From positions 4,883 through 68,882 of the forward strand of contig CANQZA010000001.1 in the NCBI GenBank assembly GCA_947628175.1: DNA of 64,000 bases, written 5' to 3'. Position numbers and translations under genes: made by a program. The notes under the pieces are model-generated. The model saw nothing but the letters and a program-made list of their open reading frames with translations. It had not been told where the DNA came from and searched no databases. Below, piece by piece: positions 47,297 to 55,829 of the stretch. Position 1 is the stretch's first letter. The number at the start of each line of letters is the position of its first letter. The DNA is from an uncultured Clostridia bacterium. Lineage in GTDB: Bacteria; Bacillota; Clostridia; Oscillospirales; Acutalibacteraceae.

Positions 47297-50200
47297 TTAT
47301 GCTCTTGTGATTGTTACATTAACAGAGGCCGTTACCTTTGAGCCGTCAAGATTCTCAACCGTACAGGTTATTGTCGCCGTATTTGAGGAGCGAATCCTTC
47401 CTGCCGCTGTAAGCCCTATCAAGCCATTATTGTCCACTGTTACATAATTCGCAGCAGATGAGGTATAGGTAACGCTCTGCGCTGAGTTTGCATTTTCAGG
47501 CGTTGTTATGTATCCTATCTTAATTCCTTTGAAAGATGTGTATGTACCGCCGCAGGAACGCACAATACTGTCTGTTACAAGCTCACCGTCTGCCGTAATT
47601 GCAATAGAGGTAATTGTGATAATTTTATCAACAATATGCAGCGTCAACGACTTTGTTATCTCTCTGTCATAGTCATCCACAACAACAAGACTAACCGTAA
47701 TCAAACCTCTTTCGGCAGTTTTTGTTAGAACAAGATTTCCGTCTGAATCTGTGCTGGTCACAACATTTTCCGCATTTTCAACAACCCATTGAGCCGATTT
47801 GTACATTGCGCCCTCATTGATTGACTTTGAAAGAACCACCTGTGCGTTTTCATCAAGCTCCAGTGAAGAATTGTCTGTAATTTCGTTGCCGGAACGGACA
47901 ATGTCAATCTGAGGCGTGATGAATTCGTGTCCCTCAAGCGCCGACATTGCCTCAGTCAAAGAAGCACAAGCGTTGTCAATTTCCTCCTGCGATGAATATA
48001 CATTTTCGTAAACCTCAAGTGCCTTATTATATGCCGTGTTAAACGCTGTGCCGTAATCATAGGCATAGTCCATATAGTCTATGGCGGCGGCTGAATCAAT
48101 TGCTCCCTTAAGAGCCGTTGTATCCCATGTTGTATAGGCCTCAATCGTTGCAGTATAACCGCCGTCAAGTATTGTTGCGGTAATTGTCGCAGTACCCTGT
48201 GTATTGAATGTGACAACTCCGTTTTCATCAACAGACGCCACCTCAGGATTGTTTGAGTTGTAAATGAATTCTCTTATAACACCGACAACGGAATGACCTT
48301 TATTTGAAATAACAGGATTGAGCGTAACTGTCTGCTGAGGCGCTCCGAATATGATTTCATCCTCAAAGCTGATTCCCGTTGCACCGTCTCTTATAAAGGA
48401 TACATAAACACTGTCACTGTAGGTTTTACCGCCAACTGTAGTGACTGTACAGGTAATCTTTGACAACTGTGTTGAATACGAATCATTTTTAACAACACCT
48501 TCATCAACAAGCACACTCTTGTTTGACGATGTCCATTCCAATGTCTCATAGATTGAATTTTCCGGTTCAATCAGCGCTGAGAGTGTAACAGTCTTTCCTG
48601 AGATTTGTGTGTCACTGTAACGGATAAAGCCGGGATTCGGTTCGGATACAGCATCCTGCTTATCATTAAGTTTGATACTTACTCCTGTTGTGACCACATA
48701 TTTAACAAGGGAATGATACGCGTTATCAAGCCGTTCAAGCATTGCATTGACCTCGGCCTGTGTGGCCTTGCCCTCGTCTATCATTGTCTTTGCATCACTG
48801 ACTGCCGCCGAGAGAACATCAAGGGAATCCTGTGTATATTCAAATGAATCCTTAACTGACTCAATAAGCGTGAAGTATTCATTCTGCTTTGAAGCAAGAG
48901 AAGAAAAATCAGTTTGAACAGTAATATTTACAGTTGCGGTATAACCGCCGTCAAGCGTTTTTGCGGTAATCACCGCACTTCCTTTTTCCACCGGAGTGAC
49001 AAGTCCTTTTCCGTCAACCTGTGCAACATTTTCATCTGATGATGACCACAATACTGTGGCGAATTCGGGATTTCCTTCCAACGCATAGCTTATCTGATAA
49101 GCAGATGCTGTTGCATACATTGTGTGTGCCGGCTCTGAAACCGTAATGCCCGTACATACATTGTCCGACATACAAACAGTCACTGTTCTTTCGTTGGTTT
49201 TTCCGTAATGATCTGCTGTTATTACCGTAACCGTTGCCCAACCGCCCGCATTTCTCTCTTTAGGCGTAAGTGTAATGGATTCCGAATTTATCTTGGCATC
49301 CATTTTGTCTGAGCTGTCAACGCGCCATGTTATGGACTGATACATTGAGCCTGCCGGCTTTGCCACAGCATTCAAAGTAACATAGTTATTATTATTGTTA
49401 TTTGCATATGAGGATGACAGATTGACCGACAGAGAATCATTGGAGGAAATTACGCCCGATTCCACAGCCGAAACACCGCCGAAGGTCGGATCCTTATATG
49501 CCGTGTATGAAATATCAAATGATTCGACATGGATATAAGGGTGACTTGCAAGCGCCTCACCTGCTGCAATAAGTCTGTTCGCGGCGGCGTCAATTTCAGC
49601 CTGTGAAAGTCTGTTATCGGTTAAAGCTGCCTGGGCCAGTTCATAGGAATCTCTAAATTCAAGACCGTAACTGTATTCATAATCGGTGTAATCAATATCC
49701 TTATACTTTTCAAGCGCCGCCATGAGAGAACTTCTGTCTCCCTCCGTCGAAACGGTGCATTCCGCATAAATTCCGCCGTCATATGAAACCGCGCGTATCA
49801 CTGTAGCGCCTGCGCCCATAAATGTGACTAATCCGCTCTGATCGACCTTTGCGATACTGCTGTCGTCTGATTCCCAGTAAAAATCCTTGATATCCGCAGA
49901 GCCCAAATGACTTCCCGGCAAACCGGTAGGATAAACGGTGCAGGCAAGCTGATATGTGCTTCCGACGGGACCGGAAATATTGGTATCGGAAAGCTCCAGC
50001 TTTGTAACAGGGAAATAAGAATACGATACCCATACGGAATCGGTGAAGCTGTTTCCGTAGTGGTCTTCTACGGTACATGTAATCATACCGTAGCAACTCT
50101 TGTTTGATGTAGGGGTACACTGACCGTCATTCGTTACCGAAATATCTGTAGTTGATGACTCCCACTTAACAGAAGCATAAGAGCCGTTATTAGGATAAAT

Positions 50201-53200
50201 TCTTACATTTAAATCAAGGATCGCATTCTTATAACTGAAGCCCTCTGAAAGAACGCTAAGATCATACTGATAAAATTCCTTGGTTGCTTCACCGTCAAGG
50301 TAAAGCTCTACTTTTTGAATATAATTATACTTTTCCAGACTGTTATACGCATCTTCCAGCTTTGCATACATACTGTCTACTTCATTTTGTGAATATCCGC
50401 CCTTTTGCACCATTGCCGAAGCTTCCGCCATAGTACGGGTGAAGACTTCCCATGAGTCCGGATAATAATTTATTTCATTGAGGTGTAAATCATTATACTG
50501 GTTTACAAGAAGAGCAAGGGGTTCATAGTTTGTTACAACATTGACCGCACATTCCGCCTTGTGACCGCCATCCATTGTTGTACAGGTGATGATACAGTCA
50601 CCGCCCTGATTAAAAATAACCTTTCCGTTTTCATCAACCGATGCAATACTGTCATCGCTCGATGACCAAACAACATCTGTACAGCTTGCACCGCCTATAC
50701 CGATTGTCGGTGTAGGCTTAACCGTTGCGGTAAGCGTCTGATCTTTGCCTATTTTTCCGCCGACAATACTTGTTGTATCAAGAGATACACCTGTAGCAGG
50801 GGTCCGCGCAAAGGCGATATATACGCTGTCCTGTGTTTTTGTTCCCATATAGTCCGTTATTGTACAGGTTATTTGAGCCGCGCACGGATCATTGGATGCA
50901 GGAGTACACACACCGTTTTTATCAACATTTACCGAACGGTTTGAAGATGTCCATACAACATCACTGTACATTGCCTCTGAAGGAAAAACTTTAAAATCAA
51001 AATCATAGCTGTACTTTTTATAGCTGCTTGTTGAGCCTACCTTAACGGTTATGAAATCACTTGGAAGCTCAGCCCTGTTTTGACCGAGTATTTCGGCTTT
51101 TCCTATTCCTACAAAACCTCCGAGCTTATAAAAAGCGTAAAGGAGATCATCTGCCGTAGTATCACAGACTGTCTGCGAAGACATATCCTCGTCATAAAGA
51201 ACATAATACGCGAGATCAAGCTTTTTCATATATTCCTTATATTCGCTTTTATTCTCAGCCGTTCTTTTTATAACAGTTCTGTCACACAAATTAACAATAT
51301 CACGCAGATAATCCTTATCAGGATAAACAGTTACCTCACATTCATCAACAATGGCACCATCAGCGGATACGCAGTACAGAGTCGCACTGCCTACATCAAC
51401 AGCAGATATGACCGCATCGCTGTTATCGTTATTTTTATTGCGCACCGTAAATATGCTTTCATCACTTGAATACCAGTTTGCGTTGTAGCAGGCATAGGCT
51501 CCTCCTGTCCATGAACCGTCAAAGCTCATTGTATGGGTGGCATCACACTGCTTGCCTTTTATCACCTTAATGGCATCCTGATCAATAACATTATTTACAG
51601 CCTTGTTTCTTGTAACACATACCGTTACCTCATTTGATGCTATGCTGCCATCCTCCGACTCGGCATAAACATTAAATGTTTCCGCATATTCGTTGCCTTC
51701 GTTATGCTTGATGGTAACACTCTGTGTGTCCTCTGAAATATCCTTAGAGAAATGATTGTTGCTTACAACCCAATTAAGTGTTTTATTGGAAGCGTTTGCA
51801 GGAGTGATTGTAGCCGAAACGACAGCACCGGTATTGATATAGGCCTCCGTAATAGATCTGTACACGGTAGCATAAATGTAATCCTTTCCGTTGATGCTGA
51901 CCGTCTTTGTATCAAGAGTACTGCCCTTTGCCGTAGCGCTCGTAGGTGCTATTGCAATATTGTCGATAGGAATGCCGTTTGTCACCTGCAAAATGCCTGT
52001 ATAGGATGAAATTTCATAGAATTTTCCGTTTGACAGATAATATCCCGTTGTTGCCTTGACAACAATATTGCATTTGCCTCCGCTTACAACTGTGTAATGG
52101 CCGAGTTTATCGATTCTGCCTATTCCGTTATCAGCAGGGGCTTCATCAGAAGCCCATATATAATTCGGATTTCCCTCTTCGTCAACGCCGTCCTGAATAC
52201 CCCAGTCAATGTAAAGATTATCTGATTCCGCGACGCGTTTAGGATATACAGTATACAGATAATCGGTCTCATCACCCATTTCAAGATACTGTTTTCCCGT
52301 TATTTCCACATCGGACAGATATTTGCCTGTTTTACCCGTTACGGTAAGATTAACAGCCTTTTCTATCTGATTTGCGGCAGATACGGCATAGATAACGCAT
52401 TTCTGTGACGAGAGAGCACCCAGAGAACCGCCTGCGTCACGGCCTGTTATAACGCCTGTTTTCGGATCAACAGATGCAATCGACGGATCGGACGAACGCC
52501 ATGTTATATCGCCTACATCGCCCATGCTCGGCTCAACATTGACAATCGACATTTGAATCTGATTGCCCTCTTTTACCGTTGCAGGACCTTCAATATCAAA
52601 ATTCGTAATCGGCTGTGCGTCAACAACATTGAAGGTGATTGTGTCATTGTAAACAAACTGAAGAACAAGATTGGATATAACCTCAACGGCAGTCGCAGTA
52701 AGCTGAACGGGGTCTGCCACATTCTGTGCCACATCCTTGATGGCAAAGCATACATCAAGAATACCGGCAAGAACCGTTCTGTTCATATCTATTCCTATAT
52801 AATCAATGAGAATACCGGCAATCTTATCGGTGTCAAGCGTTCCCGTATTGTCAAGCGCATATACATAATTTACCAGTTTTAATATGCCCTCTATAATCTG
52901 CTCCGTATCGGGAGAAACCACAATGGTTACGGTACCCTTGTTTTTAAATGTAACCTCACCGCTGTCATTGACTGTTGCGATTACCTTGCCCTGTCCGAAT
53001 ATGGAAGAGCTTTTAACCGAATAAATAACACCGTATTTGAGTCTTAAAGGAGTCGTCACGGCATATAACTGAACCTTGGAACCCACTGCAACAGTTGTGT
53101 TTATCTGTGATTTATTTGTAATATGCGTTCCGTTTGGCAGAAAATTTGCGTACCATTCTTCATTTTTCGTGACGCATATTCTCAAAACATCTTCATCAAG

Positions 53201-53836
53201 AAGCGTACCATCCGCTGCAAAAAGCTGAACATGTACATTTGAATTTATATTGTCAAGATAATATCTCAGTGAGTCTATCAGCTCTCCCTTATAGGATTCA
53301 ATATATTTTGCAAGTATGGATTCCGAGCCAAAAGCACCCTCTACGACATTAATGATTTCCTCGGTGTCCATGGTATCAAGATCAACATATTCGTTAAACA
53401 GCACTTTTTCAATCGCGCTTGCAATAAGTCCTCCGATAAGCGGTATCGTCTTTACCTCATTGTCAATCCATGACTGAATCACAGCGCCCTTTGAGGAGTC
53501 AAACGCCTTTACAACGCCCTCTTGCGTGACATCAACAAGAGTCGGCGTCTCACTATACCAATTCACATAACCGTTGTCGGGAAATTCGGTGTCAATAAGT
53601 TTATATGTAAGCTCCAGCTCTTCTCCCTCAAGCATATATTCAATATACTCATTTTCTGTTGAATCATCGGCAGTCGAGGGAACGATAGTCCCTGTTTCCT
53701 TGTAGAAAAGCTCAATGTCATAATAACCTTCCACACCGTCTCCCGCAAAAGCGCTTGCCGCAGGCACAAGTCCCGTGACAGCCATAAGCACGGCAATAAA
53801 AAGACTAAGTAACCTTTTGGTGAATTTTGTCTTCAT
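47297..53836 (-). CDS. Giant secreted protein (2179 aa) of alternating bacterial Ig-like (Big_2) and FIVAR-like helical modules
   Basis: Signal peptide to AFA; repeated WxSSD.SIA.VD..G.V motifs; about five FIVAR-like units (Y..DS...F..A...A......SQ.EVD.....L..A...L); no LPxTG or SLH seen. Confidence 0.85.
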   Translation of the reverse strand: MKTKFTKRLLSLFIAVLMAVTGLVPAASAFAGDGVEGYYDIELFYKETGTIVPSTADDSTENEYIEYMLEGEELELTYKLIDTEFPDNGYVNWYSETPTLVDVTQEGVVKAFDSSKGAVIQSWIDNEVKTIPLIGGLIASAIEKVLFNEYVDLDTMDTEEIINVVEGAFGSESILAKYIESYKGELIDSLRYYLDNINSNVHVQLFAADGTLLDEDVLRICVTKNEEWYANFLPNGTHITNKSQINTTVAVGSKVQLYAVTTPLRLKYGVIYSVKSSSIFGQGKVIATVNDSGEVTFKNKGTVTIVVSPDTEQIIEGILKLVNYVYALDNTGTLDTDKIAGILIDYIGIDMNRTVLAGILDVCFAIKDVAQNVADPVQLTATAVEVISNLVLQFVYNDTITFNVVDAQPITNFDIEGPATVKEGNQIQMSIVNVEPSMGDVGDITWRSSDPSIASVDPKTGVITGRDAGGSLGALSSQKCVIYAVSAANQIEKAVNLTVTGKTGKYLSDVEITGKQYLEMGDETDYLYTVYPKRVAESDNLYIDWGIQDGVDEEGNPNYIWASDEAPADNGIGRIDKLGHYTVVSGGKCNIVVKATTGYYLSNGKFYEISSYTGILQVTNGIPIDNIAIAPTSATAKGSTLDTKTVSINGKDYIYATVYRSITEAYINTGAVVSATITPANASNKTLNWVVSNNHFSKDISEDTQSVTIKHNEGNEYAETFNVYAESEDGSIASNEVTVCVTRNKAVNNVIDQDAIKVIKGKQCDATHTMSFDGSWTGGAYACYNANWYSSDESIFTVRNKNNDNSDAVISAVDVGSATLYCVSADGAIVDECEVTVYPDKDYLRDIVNLCDRTVIKRTAENKSEYKEYMKKLDLAYYVLYDEDMSSQTVCDTTADDLLYAFYKLGGFVGIGKAEILGQNRAELPSDFITVKVGSTSSYKKYSYDFDFKVFPSEAMYSDVVWTSSNRSVNVDKNGVCTPASNDPCAAQITCTITDYMGTKTQDSVYIAFARTPATGVSLDTTSIVGGKIGKDQTLTATVKPTPTIGIGGASCTDVVWSSSDDSIASVDENGKVIFNQGGDCIITCTTMDGGHKAECAVNVVTNYEPLALLVNQYNDLHLNEINYYPDSWEVFTRTMAEASAMVQKGGYSQNEVDSMYAKLEDAYNSLEKYNYIQKVELYLDGEATKEFYQYDLSVLSEGFSYKNAILDLNVRIYPNNGSYASVKWESSTTDISVTNDGQCTPTSNKSCYGMITCTVEDHYGNSFTDSVWVSYSYFPVTKLELSDTNISGPVGSTYQLACTVYPTGLPGSHLGSADIKDFYWESDDSSIAKVDQSGLVTFMGAGATVIRAVSYDGGIYAECTVSTEGDRSSLMAALEKYKDIDYTDYEYSYGLEFRDSYELAQAALTDNRLSQAEIDAAANRLIAAGEALASHPYIHVESFDISYTAYKDPTFGGVSAVESGVISSNDSLSVNLSSSYANNNNNNYVTLNAVAKPAGSMYQSITWRVDSSDKMDAKINSESITLTPKERNAGGWATVTVITADHYGKTNERTVTVCMSDNVCTGITVSEPAHTMYATASAYQISYALEGNPEFATVLWSSSDENVAQVDGKGLVTPVEKGSAVITAKTLDGGYTATVNITVQTDFSSLASKQNEYFTLIESVKDSFEYTQDSLDVLSAAVSDAKTMIDEGKATQAEVNAMLERLDNAYHSLVKYVVTTGVSIKLNDKQDAVSEPNPGFIRYSDTQISGKTVTLSALIEPENSIYETLEWTSSNKSVLVDEGVVKNDSYSTQLSKITCTVTTVGGKTYSDSVYVSFIRDGATGISFEDEIIFGAPQQTVTLNPVISNKGHSVVGVIREFIYNSNNPEVASVDENGVVTFNTQGTATITATILDGGYTATIEAYTTWDTTALKGAIDSAAAIDYMDYAYDYGTAFNTAYNKALEVYENVYSSQEEIDNACASLTEAMSALEGHEFITPQIDIVRSGNEITDNSSLELDENAQVVLSKSINEGAMYKSAQWVVENAENVVTSTDSDGNLVLTKTAERGLITVSLVVVDDYDREITKSLTLHIVDKIITITSIAITADGELVTDSIVRSCGGTYTSFKGIKIGYITTPENANSAQSVTYTSSAANYVTVDNNGLIGLTAAGRIRSSNTATITCTVENLDGSKVTASVNVTITRA

Positions 53837-53902
53837 AGCAAAAACTCCTCCTTGTGAAAATTGGGTATTTCAGGGCATATTACTTTAATTATTATAACAA
53901 TT

Positions 53903-53931
53903 ATTATACATTAGAATGGGAAAACTTTCAA
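53903..53931 (-). promoter_or_regulatory. Sigma-A promoter of the giant surface-protein operon
   Basis: TTGAAA-17 bp-TATAAT on the minus strand; RBS AGGAGG before the start. Confidence 0.65.
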
Positions 53932-54041
53932 GATTTGATAAATCGTGATATTCACCAAATATTTGTGCGCATTTTTGTTCGATATTTACAAATTTCGACC
54001 TTGCATAACACCTCGGATAAATCCATACGGAGGAAAACAAA

Positions 54042-54095
54042 ATGATTTTAGCCGATAAGCGTATCCAATCCGGCAGAGCGGTTCTCAAAGGCTGA
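54042..54095 (+). CDS. Putative small ORF, 17 aa (MILADKRIQSGRAVLKG)
   Basis: GGAGG RBS at 54029-54033 at canonical spacing to ATG; stop followed by a 14-bp perfect hairpin. Confidence 0.3.
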   Translation: MILADKRIQSGRAVLKG

Positions 54096-54240
54096 AAGCG
54101 CCGAAAGCCGCTTGAACATCGAATTCAAGCGGCTTTCATAATGTATAAGTCAATCAGGCAATACGGTGATTTAACAATATCTTAAGGGTATAAATTCTAA
54201 CCGTTTCGTCGTGCCTGACCCCTTTATCGGCAGTCTGAAA

Positions 54241-54285
54241 GCAGGCATCACAGAAACACTTTCTGTGATGCCTGCCAATTTTTGT
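54241..54285. terminator. Strong bidirectional terminator at the end of the PAS gene
   Basis: Perfect 16-bp stem gcaggcatcacagaaa-cac-tttctgtgatgcctgc. Confidence 0.8.
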
Positions 54286-55419
54286 TTATGTATGAATTTC
54301 TTTTATGCTGCAGACCATTGATTTTTTCCCGTCGCTTTGCGTGACAACACGGCGTTTATCCTCCACAACAACAAACACGCCCCGTTTTGTCCTCACGGAA
54401 TATCTGATTGTGATTTCATCACCTTCGGCAAGCTGTTTTTTGATGTTTGCATTCACAAACTTTACTTCCCTGCTCACCATAAAATCACTCATCATTCCCT
54501 TATGTTTTTCAAACAGTTCATAGCGGGAATAGCCGAGAAATCTTACAAACTCTTCGCTTACAATCTGAAGCTCCAGCGGTTGCCGGATATCTGTACAGAA
54601 AATCGCTTCAGGCAGATTTTTAAACATTTCAACAAGCATATTGCTGAGGGAATCCGCCTTTGCTTCAGCCTCCTTAACTCTTGTAATATCAGTAAACATC
54701 GCGTGAAAAACAGGATTGTTGTCCTTGTCATAACGCTGAATTCCCGCACTGAATTTGCACCAGATGAAATCATCCCTGTGTCGCATTACTCTTACCTGGG
54801 CGTCAACAGTCTCATCCGTTGCCATAGCCCTGCCGATTGCCTGAAAAACCTCGGTTTTGTCCTCGGGGTGAATCAGCTCGTCTATTCGGTAATTCTGCTT
54901 TTTATAAATGCCCTTTGATGTGCCGAAAAGACGGCAGGCGCCCTCGTTGAGATACAGCACCTCAATGTGCATCTCGGCAGTTACCTTGAACAGACATACA
55001 CCGCCTGCCACAAGGTCTATAAGATAGTTCATCTCTTTTGCCTGCTTTCTCAGCGCTTTCTGATGCTCCATTGATTTTGAAACATCGGCAAGCGTAAGCC
55101 GACAGAGCGTAGAATTCTCATAATTATGACCTGTGCAGTGTATGTAGACATCGTTTGCATTTTTATCCGTAAACTCCGCATCAAAATAAACATACGGCGA
55201 GTTCTTTTTGCAAAGTGTACTCATAATTGTTTCTCTGTATGCAGGTCTTATTAAATCATACAAAAAGAGTTTTCCCTGTTTTATTTTTGAAAAATGCACT
55301 CCCGCAAATTCCGAAAAATGGCTGTCACAATCAACCACCTGTAAATTATTGGCTTTATCCACAACAAGATTCATAAATTCTACTTCATACAAATCATCAT
55401 CAACACTTTTATCCGGCAC
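54286..55419 (-). CDS. Stand-alone multi-PAS domain protein (about 3 PAS/PAC, no output domain)
   Basis: LYLNEGACRLFG..IHPED..RVMRHRDDFIW; VSEEFVRFLGYS..EL..YSVRTKRG. Likely GTG start 55419 (RBS GGAGG). Confidence 0.8.
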   Translation of the reverse strand: MPDKSVDDDLYEVEFMNLVVDKANNLQVVDCDSHFSEFAGVHFSKIKQGKLFLYDLIRPAYRETIMSTLCKKNSPYVYFDAEFTDKNANDVYIHCTGHNYENSTLCRLTLADVSKSMEHQKALRKQAKEMNYLIDLVAGGVCLFKVTAEMHIEVLYLNEGACRLFGTSKGIYKKQNYRIDELIHPEDKTEVFQAIGRAMATDETVDAQVRVMRHRDDFIWCKFSAGIQRYDKDNNPVFHAMFTDITRVKEAEAKADSLSNMLVEMFKNLPEAIFCTDIRQPLELQIVSEEFVRFLGYSRYELFEKHKGMMSDFMVSREVKFVNANIKKQLAEGDEITIRYSVRTKRGVFVVVEDKRRVVTQSDGKKSMVCSIKEIHT

Positions 55420-55614
55420 ACCGTCACTCCTCCCGTAAAATATAAATATGAACAAAACCGGCAAAAAATCACCCGGCTGTCTTATATAATTTCACCAATA
55501 AAACATTATAGCATAAAAATTTAATAGATTGAACTGTTTGTGTAAATAAATAATAAATTTTTTGTGTGCAATGTTTTTCAGACAAAATTTAAATTTTCTA
55601 TATGAATTTTAAAT

Positions 55615-55795
55615 GTTTTGTGTTAGAATATATGCGTTCATCAGTCATATTAATCATCATTGCCTTTCCGGCTGCAGCAGTTCATTAAAAATCGCATACA
55701 CACCTTGCTGCATTCGGACAAAGCGTATATGGTGATTACAGTCATCTCAAAATTATGCCGCCGGCAAATTTTGACGGCATATAATTAAATGATTG
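55615..55795 (+). ncRNA. ssrS: Probable 6S RNA
   Basis: Rod-like fold: closing stem tatatgc-gttca/tgacg-gcatata, asymmetric central bubble, taatcatcat/atggtgatta, tccgg/tcgga and tgcagcag/ttgctgca stems. The 3' bubble strand can form its own hairpin. ACGGCA lies near the 3' end. Ends are approximate. Confidence 0.55.
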
Positions 55796-55829
55796 TGATT
55801 TTTCACACTATTTCTTAAGGAGAACGGTA

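Noticed and set aside
54042-54095. sORF as a type I toxin or as a remnant of an XRE or sugar-kinase gene
   Set aside because: The peptide is not hydrophobic, and similarity to those N-termini is too short to support
55620-55800. Purine, ZTP, PRPP (ykkC) or THF riboswitch before purL
   Set aside because: Conserved cores of these classes were not found, and the rod-like fold fits 6S better
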